From contig OZ024758.1 of NCBI GenBank assembly GCA_964016885.1, forward strand, positions 33,294,001-33,358,000: 64,000 nt of DNA. The letters run 5' to 3'. How positions within the stretch are numbered: the stretch's first letter is position 1; every line of letters begins with the position of its first letter. The notes beneath the pieces were generated by a model. The model was not told the DNA's origin. It made no database searches and was given only the letters and a program-made list of their open reading frames with translations. A program made the position numbers and the translations under genes. This document shows, one piece after another, positions 36,901-47,929 of the stretch. The DNA is from Eledone cirrhosa (Eukaryota).

Positions 36901-39900
36901 TATCCACATAACTCTCTATTAGCCCCCTCCCCCCCACCTACACTTGTCTATCAGTCTGTCTATCCACATAACTCTCTATTACCCCCCTCCCCCCCCTCTA
37001 CACTTGTCTATCAGTCTGTCTATCCACATAACTCTCTATTACCCCCCCCACCTACACTTGTCTATCAGTCTGTCTATCCACATAACTCTCTATTACCCCC
37101 CCCCCCACCTACACTTGTCTATCAGTCTGTCTATCCACATAACTCTCTATTACCCCCCCCCCCCACCTACACTTGTCTATCAGTCTGTCTATCCACATAA
37201 CTCTCTATTACCCCCCTCCCCCCCACCTACACTTGTCTATCAGTCTGTCTATCCACATAACTCTCTATTACCCCCCTCCCCCCCCTCTACACTTGTCTAT
37301 CAGTCTGTCTATCCACATAACTCTCTATTACCCCCCCCACCTACACTTGTCTATCAGTCTGTCTATCCACATAACTCTCTATTACCCCCCCCCACCTACA
37401 CTTGTCTATCAGTCTGTCTATCCACATAACTCTCTATTACCCCCCCCACCTACACTTGTCTATCAGTCTGTCTATCCACATAACTCTCTATTACCCCCCC
37501 CACCTACACTTGTCTATCAGTCTGTCTATCCACATAACTCTCTATTACCCCCCTCCCCCCCCACCTACACTTGTCTATCAGTCTGTCTATCCACATAACT
37601 CTCTATTACCCCCCTCCCCCCCACCTACACTTGTCTATCAGTCTGTCTATCCACATAACTCTCTATTACCCCCCTCCCCCCCCACCTACACTTGTCTATC
37701 AGTCTGTCTATCCACATAACTCTCTATTACCCCCCCTCCCCCCCCCCCCTCTACACTTGTCTATCAGTCTGTCTATCCACATAACTCTCTATTACCCCCC
37801 CCACCTACACTTGTCTATCAGTCTGTCTATCCACATAACTCTCTATTACCCCCCCTCCCCCCCACCTACACTTGTCTATCAGTCTGTCTATCCACATAAC
37901 TCTCTATTACCCCCCTCCCCCCCCCTCTACACTTGTCTATCAGTCTGTCTATCCACATAACTCTCTATTACCCCCCCCACCTACACTTGTCTATCAGTCT
38001 GTCTATCCACATAACTCTCTATTACCCCCCTCCCCCCCACCTACACTTGTCTATCAGTCTGTCTATCCACATAACTCTCTATTACCCCCCTCCCCCCCCC
38101 TCTACACTTGTCTATCAGTCTGTCTATCCACATAACTCTCTATTACCCCCCCACCTACACTTGTCTATCAGTCTGTCTATCCACATAACTCTCTATTACC
38201 CCCCCCACCTACACTTGTCTATCAGTCTGTCTATCCACATAACTCTCTATTACCCCCCCCCCCCACCTACACTTGTCTATCAGTCTGTCTATCCACATAA
38301 CTCTCTATTACCCCCTTCCCCCCCACCTACACTTGTCTATCAGTCTGTCTATCCACATAACTCTCTATTACCCCCCCCACCTACACTTGTCTATCAGTCT
38401 GTCTATCCACATAACTCTCTATTACCCCCCTCCCCCCCACCTACACTTGTCTATCAGTCTGTCTATCCACATAACTCTCTATTACCCCCCCCCCCCACCT
38501 ACACTTGTCTATCAGTCTGTCTATCCACATAACTCTCTATTACCCCCCCCCTCTACACTTGTCTATCAGTCTGTCTATCCACATAACTCTCTATTACCCC
38601 CCCACCTACACTTGTCTATCAGTCTGTCTATCCACATAACTCTCTATTACCCCCCCCACCTACACTTGTCTATCAGTCTGTCTATCCACATAACTCTCTA
38701 TTACCCCCCTCCCCCCCTCTACACTTGTCTATCAGTCTGTCTATCCACATAACTCTCTATTACCCCCCCCCCTCTACACTTGTCTATCAGTCTGTCTATC
38801 CACATAACTCTCTATTACCCCCCCCTCTACACTTGTCTATCAGTCTGTCTATCCACATAACTCTCTATTACCCCCCTCCCCCCCACCTACACTTGTCTAT
38901 CAGTCTGTCTATCCACATAACTCTCTATTACCCCCCCCCCCCCACCTACACTTGTCTATCAGTCTGTCTATCCACATAACTCTCTATTACCCCCCCCCTC
39001 TACACTTGTCTATCAGTCTGTCTATCCACATAACTCTCTATTACCCCCCCACCTACACTTGTCTATCAGTCTGTCTATCCACATAACTCTCTATTACCCC
39101 CCCCCACCTACACTTGTCTATCAGTCTGTCTATCCACATAACTCTCTATTACCCCCCTCCCCCCTCTACACTTGTCTATCAGTCTGTCTATCCACATAAC
39201 TCTCTATTACCCCCCCCTCTACACTTGTCTATCAGTCTGTCTATCCACATAACTCTCTATTACCCCCCCCTCTACACTTGTCTATCAGTCTGTCTATCCA
39301 CATAACTCTCTATTACCCCCCCCCTCTACACTTGTCTATCAGTCTGTCTATCCACATAACTCTCTATTACCCCCCCACCTACACTTGTCTATCAGTCTGT
39401 CTATCCACATAACTCTCTATTACCCCCCCCCACCTACACTTGTCTATCAGTCTGTCTATCCACATAACTCTCTATTACCCCCCTCCCCCCTCTACACTTG
39501 TCTATCAGTCTGTCTATCCACATAACTCTCTATTACCCCCCCCTCTACACTTGTCTATCAGTCTGTCTATCCACATAACTCTCTATTACCCCCCCCCTCT
39601 ACACTTGTCTATCAGTCTGTCTATCCACTTACCCCCCCCCCCACCTTACACTTGTCTATCAGGTCTGTCTATCCACATAACTCTCTCTATTACCCCCCCC
39701 CTCTACACTTGTCTATCAGTCTGTCTATCCACATAACTCTCTATTACCCCCCCCCCCACCTACACTTGTCTATCAGTCTGTCTATCCACATAACTCTCTA
39801 TTACCCCCCTCCCCCCTCTACACTTGTCTATCAGTCTGTCTATCCACATAACTCTCTATTACCCCCCCCCTCCTACACTTGTCTATCAGTCTGTCTATCC

Positions 39901-40557
39901 ACATAACTCTCTATACCCCCCCCTCTACACTTGTCTATCAGTCTGTCTATCCACATAACTCTCTATTACCCCCCCCCCCACCTACACTTGTCTATCAGTC
40001 TGTCTATCCACATAACTCTCTATTACCCCCTCCCCCTCTACACTTGTCTATCAGTCTGTCTATCCACATAACTCTCTATTACCCCCCCCTCTACACTTGT
40101 CTATCAGTCTGTCTATCCACATAACTCTCTATTACCCCCCCCTCTACACTTGTCTATCAGTCTGTCTATCCACATAACTCTCTATTACCCCCCCCCCCCA
40201 CCTACACTTGTCTATCAGTCTGTCTATCCACATAACTCTCTATTACCCCCCTCCCCCCCTCTACACTTGTCTATCAGTCTGTCTATCCACATAACTCTCT
40301 ATTACCCCCCCCCTCTACACTTGTCTATCAGTCTGTCTATCCACATAACTCTCTATTACCCCCCCCTCTACACTTGTCTATCAGTCTGTCTATCCACATA
40401 ACTCTCTATTACCCCCCCCCCCACCTACACTTGTCTATCAGTCTGTCTATCCACATAACTCTCTATTACCCCCCCCCCTCTACACTTGTCTATCAGTCTG
40501 TCTATCCACATAACTCTCTATTACCCCCCCCCCTCTACACTTGTCTATCAGTCTGTC
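30944..40557. repeat. Satellite/minisatellite array, ~54-62 bp unit, roughly 170 copies
   Basis: Nearly invariant 44-mer ctacacttgtctatcagtctgtctatccacataactctctatta, then a variable C tract ending in ac or ct. Confidence 0.97.
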
Positions 40558-40599
40558 ACTCTGGCTATCCTAATACCTGTGTATTTATCTCTGCACATA

Positions 40600-40633
<34 letters not shown>

Positions 40634-40743
40634 TGTACAACTATGGGTATGTTTATATATGTATGTGTATATATATGTGTACGCACGCACGCACACACAC
40701 ACACACACACACACGTACACACACACACACACGTACACACACA

Positions 40744-40788
<45 letters not shown>

Positions 40789-40790
40789 TT
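40600..40790. repeat. (TA)n and (CA)n microsatellites
   Basis: Direct reading. Confidence 0.9.
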
Positions 40791-41003
40791 ATAATTTATG
40801 TATGTAATATGTATGCATTTATATTTTTCTATATGAACATTTAAATATGTCTGTATATATTCAAGCTATACATTACGTTTGTTAAAATATTCTCTTTTGT
40901 TATAAATATTTTTATCATCACCATTATTCTCCTCTTTTCTTCTCTTCATCATCATTGCCATCACCACCATCATTTTCCTCCTCTTTACCATCATCATCAT
41001 TAT

Positions 41004-41160
41004 AGTGGATTGGCAGCATAGAGTTACGGCCCTTGCCATTCTGAGTTCAAATCCCGCCGAGGTTAACTTTGCCTTTCATCCTTTTAGGGTCGATGAAATA
41101 AAGTACCAGTAATACACTGGGTTATTGCTGGCCTTGTGCCAAAAGAAGAAACAATTATTA
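41004..41160 (+). mobile_element. tRNA-derived SINE (family A)
   Basis: gtggattggcag..ctgagttcaaatcccgccgagg..aaagtaccagtaatacactggg..gaaacaattatt. Confidence 0.75.
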
Positions 41161-41659
41161 ATCTCCTCCTCTACTTTTTCTTCCTCCACCATCCTCTTCT
41201 TTCTCTTCCCCCTCCTCTTCACCACCACCACCACCATCATCATAGTAAGGAAGCAAGTTGACAGAAACAGTAAAGTGACTGACTAGATGTTGACTGTATT
41301 CCATGCTGTCGGAAGTACCAGTAATATATCAGTGTTTATTCAGTTTACAAAATTTGGCCTTATGTGTAATAGTAATTATGTTGCTGACGTCATTAACTTA
41401 ATGTTGTTGTTGTTGATGTCTCGGGAGATCTGGTTCTATAGAAATAAGTTACAAGTCCCTTTATATTCTGTGTTCAAATCCTACAGCAATTGCTTCATCT
41501 TTCTGGGTTCCATAATATAAGCACCAGTAATGTACTGTAGTCAGTGAGGCCAGTGGTTGCCAACCAGTTTTGGTGGTCCGCAGAAAAATGAGGACATTAT
41601 TTGCAATTTTTATGTTTTATTAATAATAAATCAAAAATAATATTTGGTTAAAATATATT

Positions 41660-42092
41660 TTATAATTTCGTTTCTGAATTTGTTTCGCAAGATTCTTTAT
41701 CTGAAATCGTGTGTTGAAACTAAATAAATAAATCGTGTGTTGTAAATAAATAAATAAATAAACAAATAGATAAATGAACATAAACACACACAGACACCTG
41801 GATGTGGCGCATGCGCAAACTGAGCACACAACACACACACAGAAACAAAATGGCGTAGGACAGAAAAAAGGAGAGGCACAGAAACAAAGAAAGGAATCCC
41901 CAGTCACTGAAGAGGTCACAGAGTGTGTGACGAAAGGACTATGACTATATATAAACAACTATCTGGTTGTGGAACCAACCAACCAGAAATTATTAGATTT
42001 ATGAATTTGTAAATATATAATAAATTGAAGTGAAAGCAACTGGTGCGTGTGTTTCTTATTGGCAACATGACCCTCCCAAAGTATAACAATAT
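41660..42092 (+). mobile_element. Solo PLE-B pLTR with an inverted tail at its 5' side
   Basis: 41740-42092 matches 3625-3968; 41663-41720 is the reverse complement of 3972-4025. Confidence 0.85.
41902..41946 (+). ncRNA. Minimal type-I hammerhead ribozyme in PLE-B pLTR
   Basis: agtca-CTGAAGA-g-gtcaca(gagtg)tgtgac-GAAA-ggac-TA-tgact. Confidence 0.8.
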
Positions 42093-42484
42093 ATTTTATA
42101 AATCTATTAAAAACTATTTCTCCTCAGTAAAGAACTAACATCCATGAAAGAATTTTACACGTTTGTATCACCTATGGACAATATAACACACTGCGCTTCA
42201 GTATTGTTAAGACCATTGACCAATTCCTATTAGTGGTCCGCGGTATTTAAAATCATGAATTTAGTGGTCCGTGAGGTCTGAAAGGTTGGCGACCGATGAA
42301 CTCGGCTTTATTTCTGTACAAATTTGTGATATTTTGTGTCAAAGTTATGCAGGTTTTTTTGTAGTGATCTTTGACAAGATAGTCACCTTTGCATGCCATA
42401 GCTTCATACTAAATTAAGAAATTTTATCATCATTACAATATACATTTTCTTGAGTCTCATGATATAATTTTAACTATTATTATA

Positions 42485-42621
42485 AGTTAAAATCCTGCTG
42501 AAGTTATCCTTACGGAGTTGAGAAAATAAAGTACCAGTAATGCACTGGTGTCGATTTAATCAACTTTCCCCTACCCCCGCAACTGCTGGCCTTGTGCCTA
42601 AATTAGAAACAATTATTATTA
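42485..42621 (+). mobile_element. SINE family A 3' part
   Basis: aaaataaagtaccagtaa..gctggccttgtgcc..gaaacaattatt. Confidence 0.6.
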
Positions 42622-42680
42622 CCATTTCTTCTTCTTTATATTCTTATATTTATCCATTTTGGTTGCTTATATGTAGTTTT

Positions 42681-43201
42681 AATCCCATATTGGCCTTGAT
42701 CAAACCAATCAAGGGCATTTAATCCCATATCGGCCTTGATCAAACCCATCAAGGGCATTTAATCTCATATCGGCCTTGATCAAACCAATCAAGGGCATTT
42801 AATCCCATATCGGCCTTGATCAAACCAATCAAGGGCATTTAATCCCATATCGGCCTTGATCAAACCAATCAAGGGCATTTAATCCCATATCGGCCTTGAT
42901 CAAACCAATCAAGGGCATTTAATCCCATATCGGCCTTGATCAAACCAATCAAGGGCATTTAATCCCATATCGGCCTTGATCAAACCAATCAAGGGCATTT
43001 AATCCCATATCGGCCTTGATCAAACCAATCAAGGGCATTTTAATCCCATATCGGCCTTGATCAAACCAATCAAGGGCATTTTAATCCCATATCGGCCTTG
43101 ATCAAACCAATCAAGGGCATTTAATCCCATATCGGCCTTGATCAAACCAATCAAGGGCATTTAATCCCATATCGGCCTTGATCAAACCCATCAAGGGCAT
43201 T
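42681..43201. repeat. 40-bp minisatellite, 13 near-identical copies
   Basis: Unit aatcccatatcggccttgatcaaaccaatcaagggcattt. Confidence 0.95.
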
Positions 43202-43458
43202 CAAGCAATGATCATCTCATTCACTTTTTTCAGCGCTAATGTATCCTGGATTATATTTTGTAATGTCTTTTTTTTTATTTAAAAAAAATTTTTTTTTTTA
43301 CAAATAATAATGTTTATGGAAATTTGATTGCTCTTTTTAGCAGTTTAAGCAGGCACATAGAGCCCCTCCCTTTTGAGTCAACAAGCTGTGTGTGATATAA
43401 ATAGTGACGAAACATAAGTCAATTGCATGAACTCATAATCCTTTATTTACTGCTATAT

Positions 43459-44252
43459 AGTGGGGGTGGGTATACGGAGGGTACAGTAACTATGGTTGGA
43501 GGAAGTTCGGGGAGCTGATGCCACTGCTGGCTGCAGAAGGCTTTTCCCTCAAGGTGAAGGCCAGACTGTATGATGCTTGTGTGCGATCGGCAATGTTGCA
43601 TGGTAGTGAGACCTGGGCGCTGTCTGTAGAAGACTTGTGTAGATTAGAGAGAAACGGAGCCTGTATGCTCCGAAGGATGTGTAGTGGTAATATACGCAGA
43701 CGGCAAAGCATAAACGAATTGAGAGAGAGACTGAGCATAAGAGGAATCAAATGCTGTGTGCAAAAGAGGCGGTTGCGTTGGTGTGGACATGTAGTGCGTG
43801 TAGGGGATGACAGCTGCATAAGGGAGTGCAGAGCACTAGAAGCCAATGGAAGCCATGGAATGAGGAGACCCAAGAAGACCTGGGATGAGGTGATAAAAGC
43901 AGAACTTGCCCAGTTGCACTTCTCGAGGGCGATGACACACAACCGTGTGTATATATATATAGACAATATGCTCCCACTGCAAAGTGGTGGTGGAGGAGAT
44001 GTCACAACAAAAAAGCACCCAGCCCACACTGTAAAGTGGACGTGTAGGCGCCACGGAAAAAAGCACCCAGCACTCACTGTAAATGAGGTTGGTGTTAGGA
44101 AGAGCATCCAGCTGTAGAAATCATGCCAGAATCAGTTCCCGGATGAGCAAGACAAAGTCAGCCGACCGGACACTGCCCACAACAGGACAACCTGTCTAAC
44201 CCATGCTAGCGTGGAAGAATGGACGTAAAACGATGATGATGATGATGATGAT
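43459..44252 (+). mobile_element. RTE LINE 3' fragment
   Basis: ORF 43518-: RLYDACVRSAMLHGSETW..RRLRWCGHV..RPKKTW; (GAT)n tail. Confidence 0.85.
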
Positions 44253-44619
44253 ACAATCCTTATTGCGTCCTCTTCAGATTTTGGTCGTATTTATTATTAC
44301 TTTATATGTGTCAATAACTATCTCCTTGATTCAACCACTCATTTATTCTACGTTAATCACTGAATGTGTGCACATTTCTTTTATTTAGCTATGAATTTAC
44401 TCCTGGAAACAGCAGTTAAATATATCCTGAATCACACTCACATCTTAGAAAAAATGATACATCAATTAATGTAGTCCTATGTGCACTCTACTCATGAAAA
44501 TTGGGTTTTAGCTGGAATGCTTTTAATGGCAGTTTGGCTTAATTAAGTTTGACTTATGGCTAAACAACAGCTTAGTATTTTACTTACTATTGAGTGTAAG
44601 TTGGATATGTGTGTGTATA

Positions 44620-44872
44620 TATCATCATCATCATCACCGTTTTACATCCGTTCTTCCACGCTAGCATGGGTTAGACGGGTTGTCCTGTTGTGGGCAGTGT
44701 CCAGTCGGCTGACTTTGCCTTGATTTCTACAGCTGGATACCCTTCCTAACACCAACCTCATCTACAGTGAGTGCTGGGTGCTTATCTTTCCGTGGCACCT
44801 ACACGTCCACTTTACAGTGAGGGCTGGGTGCTTTTTTTGCCATGGCACCTCCACGACCACTTTGCAGTGGAA
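44620..44872 (-). mobile_element. RTE 3' UTR
   Basis: catcatcatcaccgttttacatcc..ctagcatgggttagac, the reverse of the tail at 43970-44252. Confidence 0.8.
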
Positions 44873-44894
44873 TGATAGGGACCCCAGTCCCTAT

Positions 44895-45035
44895 CATCTC
44901 ATTTCTGCAGCTGAGTAAATTGGAGCAATGTGGAATAAAGTGTCTTGCTCAAGGAAACAACACATCACCCGGTTTGAGAATTGAACTCACAACCTTTTAA
45001 TTGCAAGCCCAATGCTCTAACCACTAAGCCATGCT
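44895..45035 (-). mobile_element. tRNA-derived SINE (family B)
   Basis: Minus strand gcatggcttagtggttagagcattgggcttgc..gtgagttcaattctc (A and B boxes), then cttgagcaagacactttatt; same family at 55828-55935 and 61872-62100. Confidence 0.75.
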
Positions 45036-45110
45036 TCTGCCATTTTTAAATGAGTATACATATATATATACACCCAGACACACACAAACACACACAGACA
45101 CACACAGACA

Positions 45111-45160
<50 letters not shown>

Positions 45161-45295
45161 TATACACATATACACATATATACATATATACATATATACA
45201 TATATACATATATACATATATACATACACATATACACATATTTAAAAATGGCAGAAGCCAGTCTAGAAATGGTCATTAAAGTTTATTGCTGCAAA

Positions 45296-45448
45296 AACAC
45301 TATACGTATTTCAACCGTCTGTTGCATCATCCTATCATGAGCAAAACGTAAGCAATTTCACCAGATGTGGATTGCAAAATTAGTTATATAAGATGATGGG
45401 ATGATAGAGAATAGATTTGATTCGGAGATGGCTCACCAATTCGGTGTT
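45296..45448 (-). ncRNA. Hammerhead-like motif with long stem II and an atypical core
   Basis: aacac..tga-gccatc..gacggtt-GAAA-tacgta-TA-gtgtt, with an internal 13-bp hairpin; CUGA core not canonical. Confidence 0.45.
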
Positions 45449-45603
45449 ATTGTAATGTCAAACCACCCCTAAACTATATATATATATATATATATATATG
45501 AATAATAATAATATCATAACATTCAGTTTTACAAGTAAACAGCCTCATAAACACCACGTGGTAGATGACGTCATCCTTTTGTTCCAGCGTTAGCTGAGAG
45601 AAA

Positions 45604-45649
45604 ACAATTGACAATTGTTTCGGAGTATCTTGCTCCTTGTCAAGATTGT
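45604..45649 (-). ncRNA. Minimal type-I hammerhead ribozyme, U3-A8 core variant
   Basis: acaatc-TTGACAA-ggag(caagata)ctcc-GAAA-caattg-TC-aattgt. Confidence 0.7.
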
Positions 45650-45770
45650 GCATACTGCTCGTTACTGCTTTAGGTATCCACCATGTTAAGAGTGAAAACA
45701 AATTTATATATATATACTGTGTATATTACTATGTTGGGCATTTGTACTGTGTTAGAGCTTCTTTGTTGAT

Positions 45771-46400
45771 TTAACCCTTTCAATATCATGTTTCCAATGA
45801 AAGACACTGCCTACAGATTTGAACATAATTAAGAATTTGGACGGATTTACTAATATAACCAACTGTCTCATTAAAATGGTGTTTGGAGAATAACTTAAAA
45901 GTTTGTACATGAAAGTATTATGGAAAGTTTTTTGATAAATATAAACACTTTAACCCTTTCACATTCACCGGTGGATTGGCAGTATCGGTAGAGGGTCGGA
46001 CGCCATGCTTTGCAGCACAGTTACGCCCCTTCACGGTCTGAGTTCAAATCCCGCCGAGGTTAACTTTGCCTTTCATCCTTACGGGGTTGATAAAATAAAG
46101 TACCAGTAATACACTGGGTAATTGCTGGCCTTGTGCTAGAAGTAGAAACAATTATTTTATATATACTATTGTATTTTCATGGTAAAGGCTTTACCTCACA
46201 TAATTATCTCACATATTATTGAATCTATGAGATTTTGAAAGTATTTATTTTGAGAACAATACCTTAACATCAGTTTGCGTGACCAGTTACAGCCAGTTTC
46301 AACAGAAAGGGGTAGAGAATTCTGGCCAGTTTTGGCTGGTTTGAACACTAAAGGGTTAATATAAACAGCTTAATTTTAGGTGGTTTGGTATTAAAAATAA
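45771..46400. mobile_element. TTAA-MITE B containing MITE A (45950-46359), which contains a SINE A (45969-46156)
   Basis: Nested TTAA-CCC/GGG-TTAA ends and a complete SINE with a B-box-like gagttcaaatcc. Confidence 0.7.
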
Positions 46401-46436
46401 ATTTAAAGAAGGCTTTAGGGTTTGTTTTAATGTTTT

Positions 46437-47570
46437 CTATGGCCCTTCTTTCTTTGCCCTCTCATTTTCATGGGAAAGTTTGAGTGCAATCTCGGTGCCA
46501 AGTAGTGCACGTTTCAAATAGGATTCCTTCTTGTTTTTGTTTTCTTGTTGTGCATTCAACTGGTTTGAGAGCTTGGTTCTACGTCTCATAAGGATTTTTC
46601 TATCTCTGGGAATAAGATTTTTGTGTCTGTTTGCCTTTTTCTCCGGGACAAACTTTTTGCATATAGTGTGTATCGTTGTCATGAAGTGTTGAAATTGTGT
46701 GTTGGTGTCTTGTGTGGCGGTGTTTTCACTCCATATTTGCTTCCAGATTTCTCTCTTGATCTTTTTCCAGTTAGCCTTGTAGAAGTTAAGGCTGGATAAC
46801 GTCCCGGAGCTTCTTGGTGGTTTTGTCTCTGTTGGTTCTCTCGGACCACATATCATTAGTTCTACTAAGTTATGATCCGAGAAAATTGTTGGTGTCACCT
46901 TTACATTGCGGATGAGCACTTCGTTGTTTGTAAAACAGAAGTCCAGGACATTTTCGCCTCTTGTTGGAGGAGTACTGCTTGTTCCATGAACAAGCCTGTG
47001 TGTGAAGGCAGGCAGGGATTCCATCTGTCTCTGTTCTATTGACATCATTCCAGGGAGGAGGTGGCCCTCAGGCCATTTGACCTTTGGCAGGTTGAAGTCT
47101 CTCAGCAGTAGAATGTTGAGACCCTGGTCCAGTTTGTCAAGGACCTCTTCTATCCTACTTAGGCTATCCTCAAATTTACCCTCATGACTGGGGGCATCGG
47201 GCGGCTGATATGTGACACATATTACTGTCTTTAAATTGCTTCCAGTCAGTGTGTCACAGACTGAGTTTGAATGTGTCAACAGTACAATTGGTGTGACATC
47301 TTCACGGATATACAGAGCAACCCCACCATGAGTTCTCTCCTTCCTGTCCGAACCAAATACAGTATATTTCGGTATATGTATTTCTGCATCTGCTATACTG
47401 TTTGTCAGGTGCGTTTCGGTTAGTGCCATGCATAATGCTTGATTGCTTATGGCTAAGTCTCCCAGGTAGGAAATTTTACTCATGTTAGTGAGTTTCACCA
47501 GGCCTCTGACATTTGGGGTGCCAGCAATGGCTGTCGGTATGACACCTGGCCTGGTGTCAGCGGCGGCCAT
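46437..47570 (-). pseudogene. LINE AP-endonuclease (CR1/L2/Jockey-group ORF2 N-terminus), RT absent
   Basis: NVRGL, LTETHL, GGVALYI, YQPP, DFNLP, TRGENVLD and SDHN motifs. Confidence 0.85.
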
Positions 47571-47929
47571 ATTGGGTCCCTTAACTGTGGTGGTCTCGAG
47601 TGCTGGTGTGAGTGACCCTGGCTCTGAAAACGATGCAGCCAGGTCAGCTGTCCCACAATCTTCTCTGCCATCACTAAAAAATGTTTTTGCTCTGCAAAAG
47701 TAATAGTTTTACATCGCAGTGCATATTAGATTTAAATGTTAAAGGAGAATAGTATGCTAAGGGAGGTAATTACGGTGCAAGTATAAAGTTTACTGTCTAA
47801 CTAATGACCAGTACCAGCTATGTAAAACATTTGTATTATTATTTAAAAGGAATTAACATAAGCAGGGTTGGTCAACTCAGTGTAAATGAAGCCATGTTAA
47901 GGTGTGAATATGATAGACTATTGGTAATG

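Larger units (their letters stand above)
41551..42298. mobile_element. hAT-type MITE hosting a PLE-B pLTR insertion
   Basis: TIRs cagtggttgccaacc / ggttggcgaccgatg with gtggtccg subterminal repeats. Confidence 0.6.

Noticed and set aside
30944-40557. CRISPR-like array, or Pro/His-rich ORFs, in the satellite
   Set aside because: Linkers are poly-C rather than unique spacers, there are no cas genes, and the context is eukaryotic. ORFs shift frame with C-run length.
44252-44290. CTGAAGA on the minus strand next to the RTE tail
   Set aside because: No matching GAAA/UH half in the same orientation.
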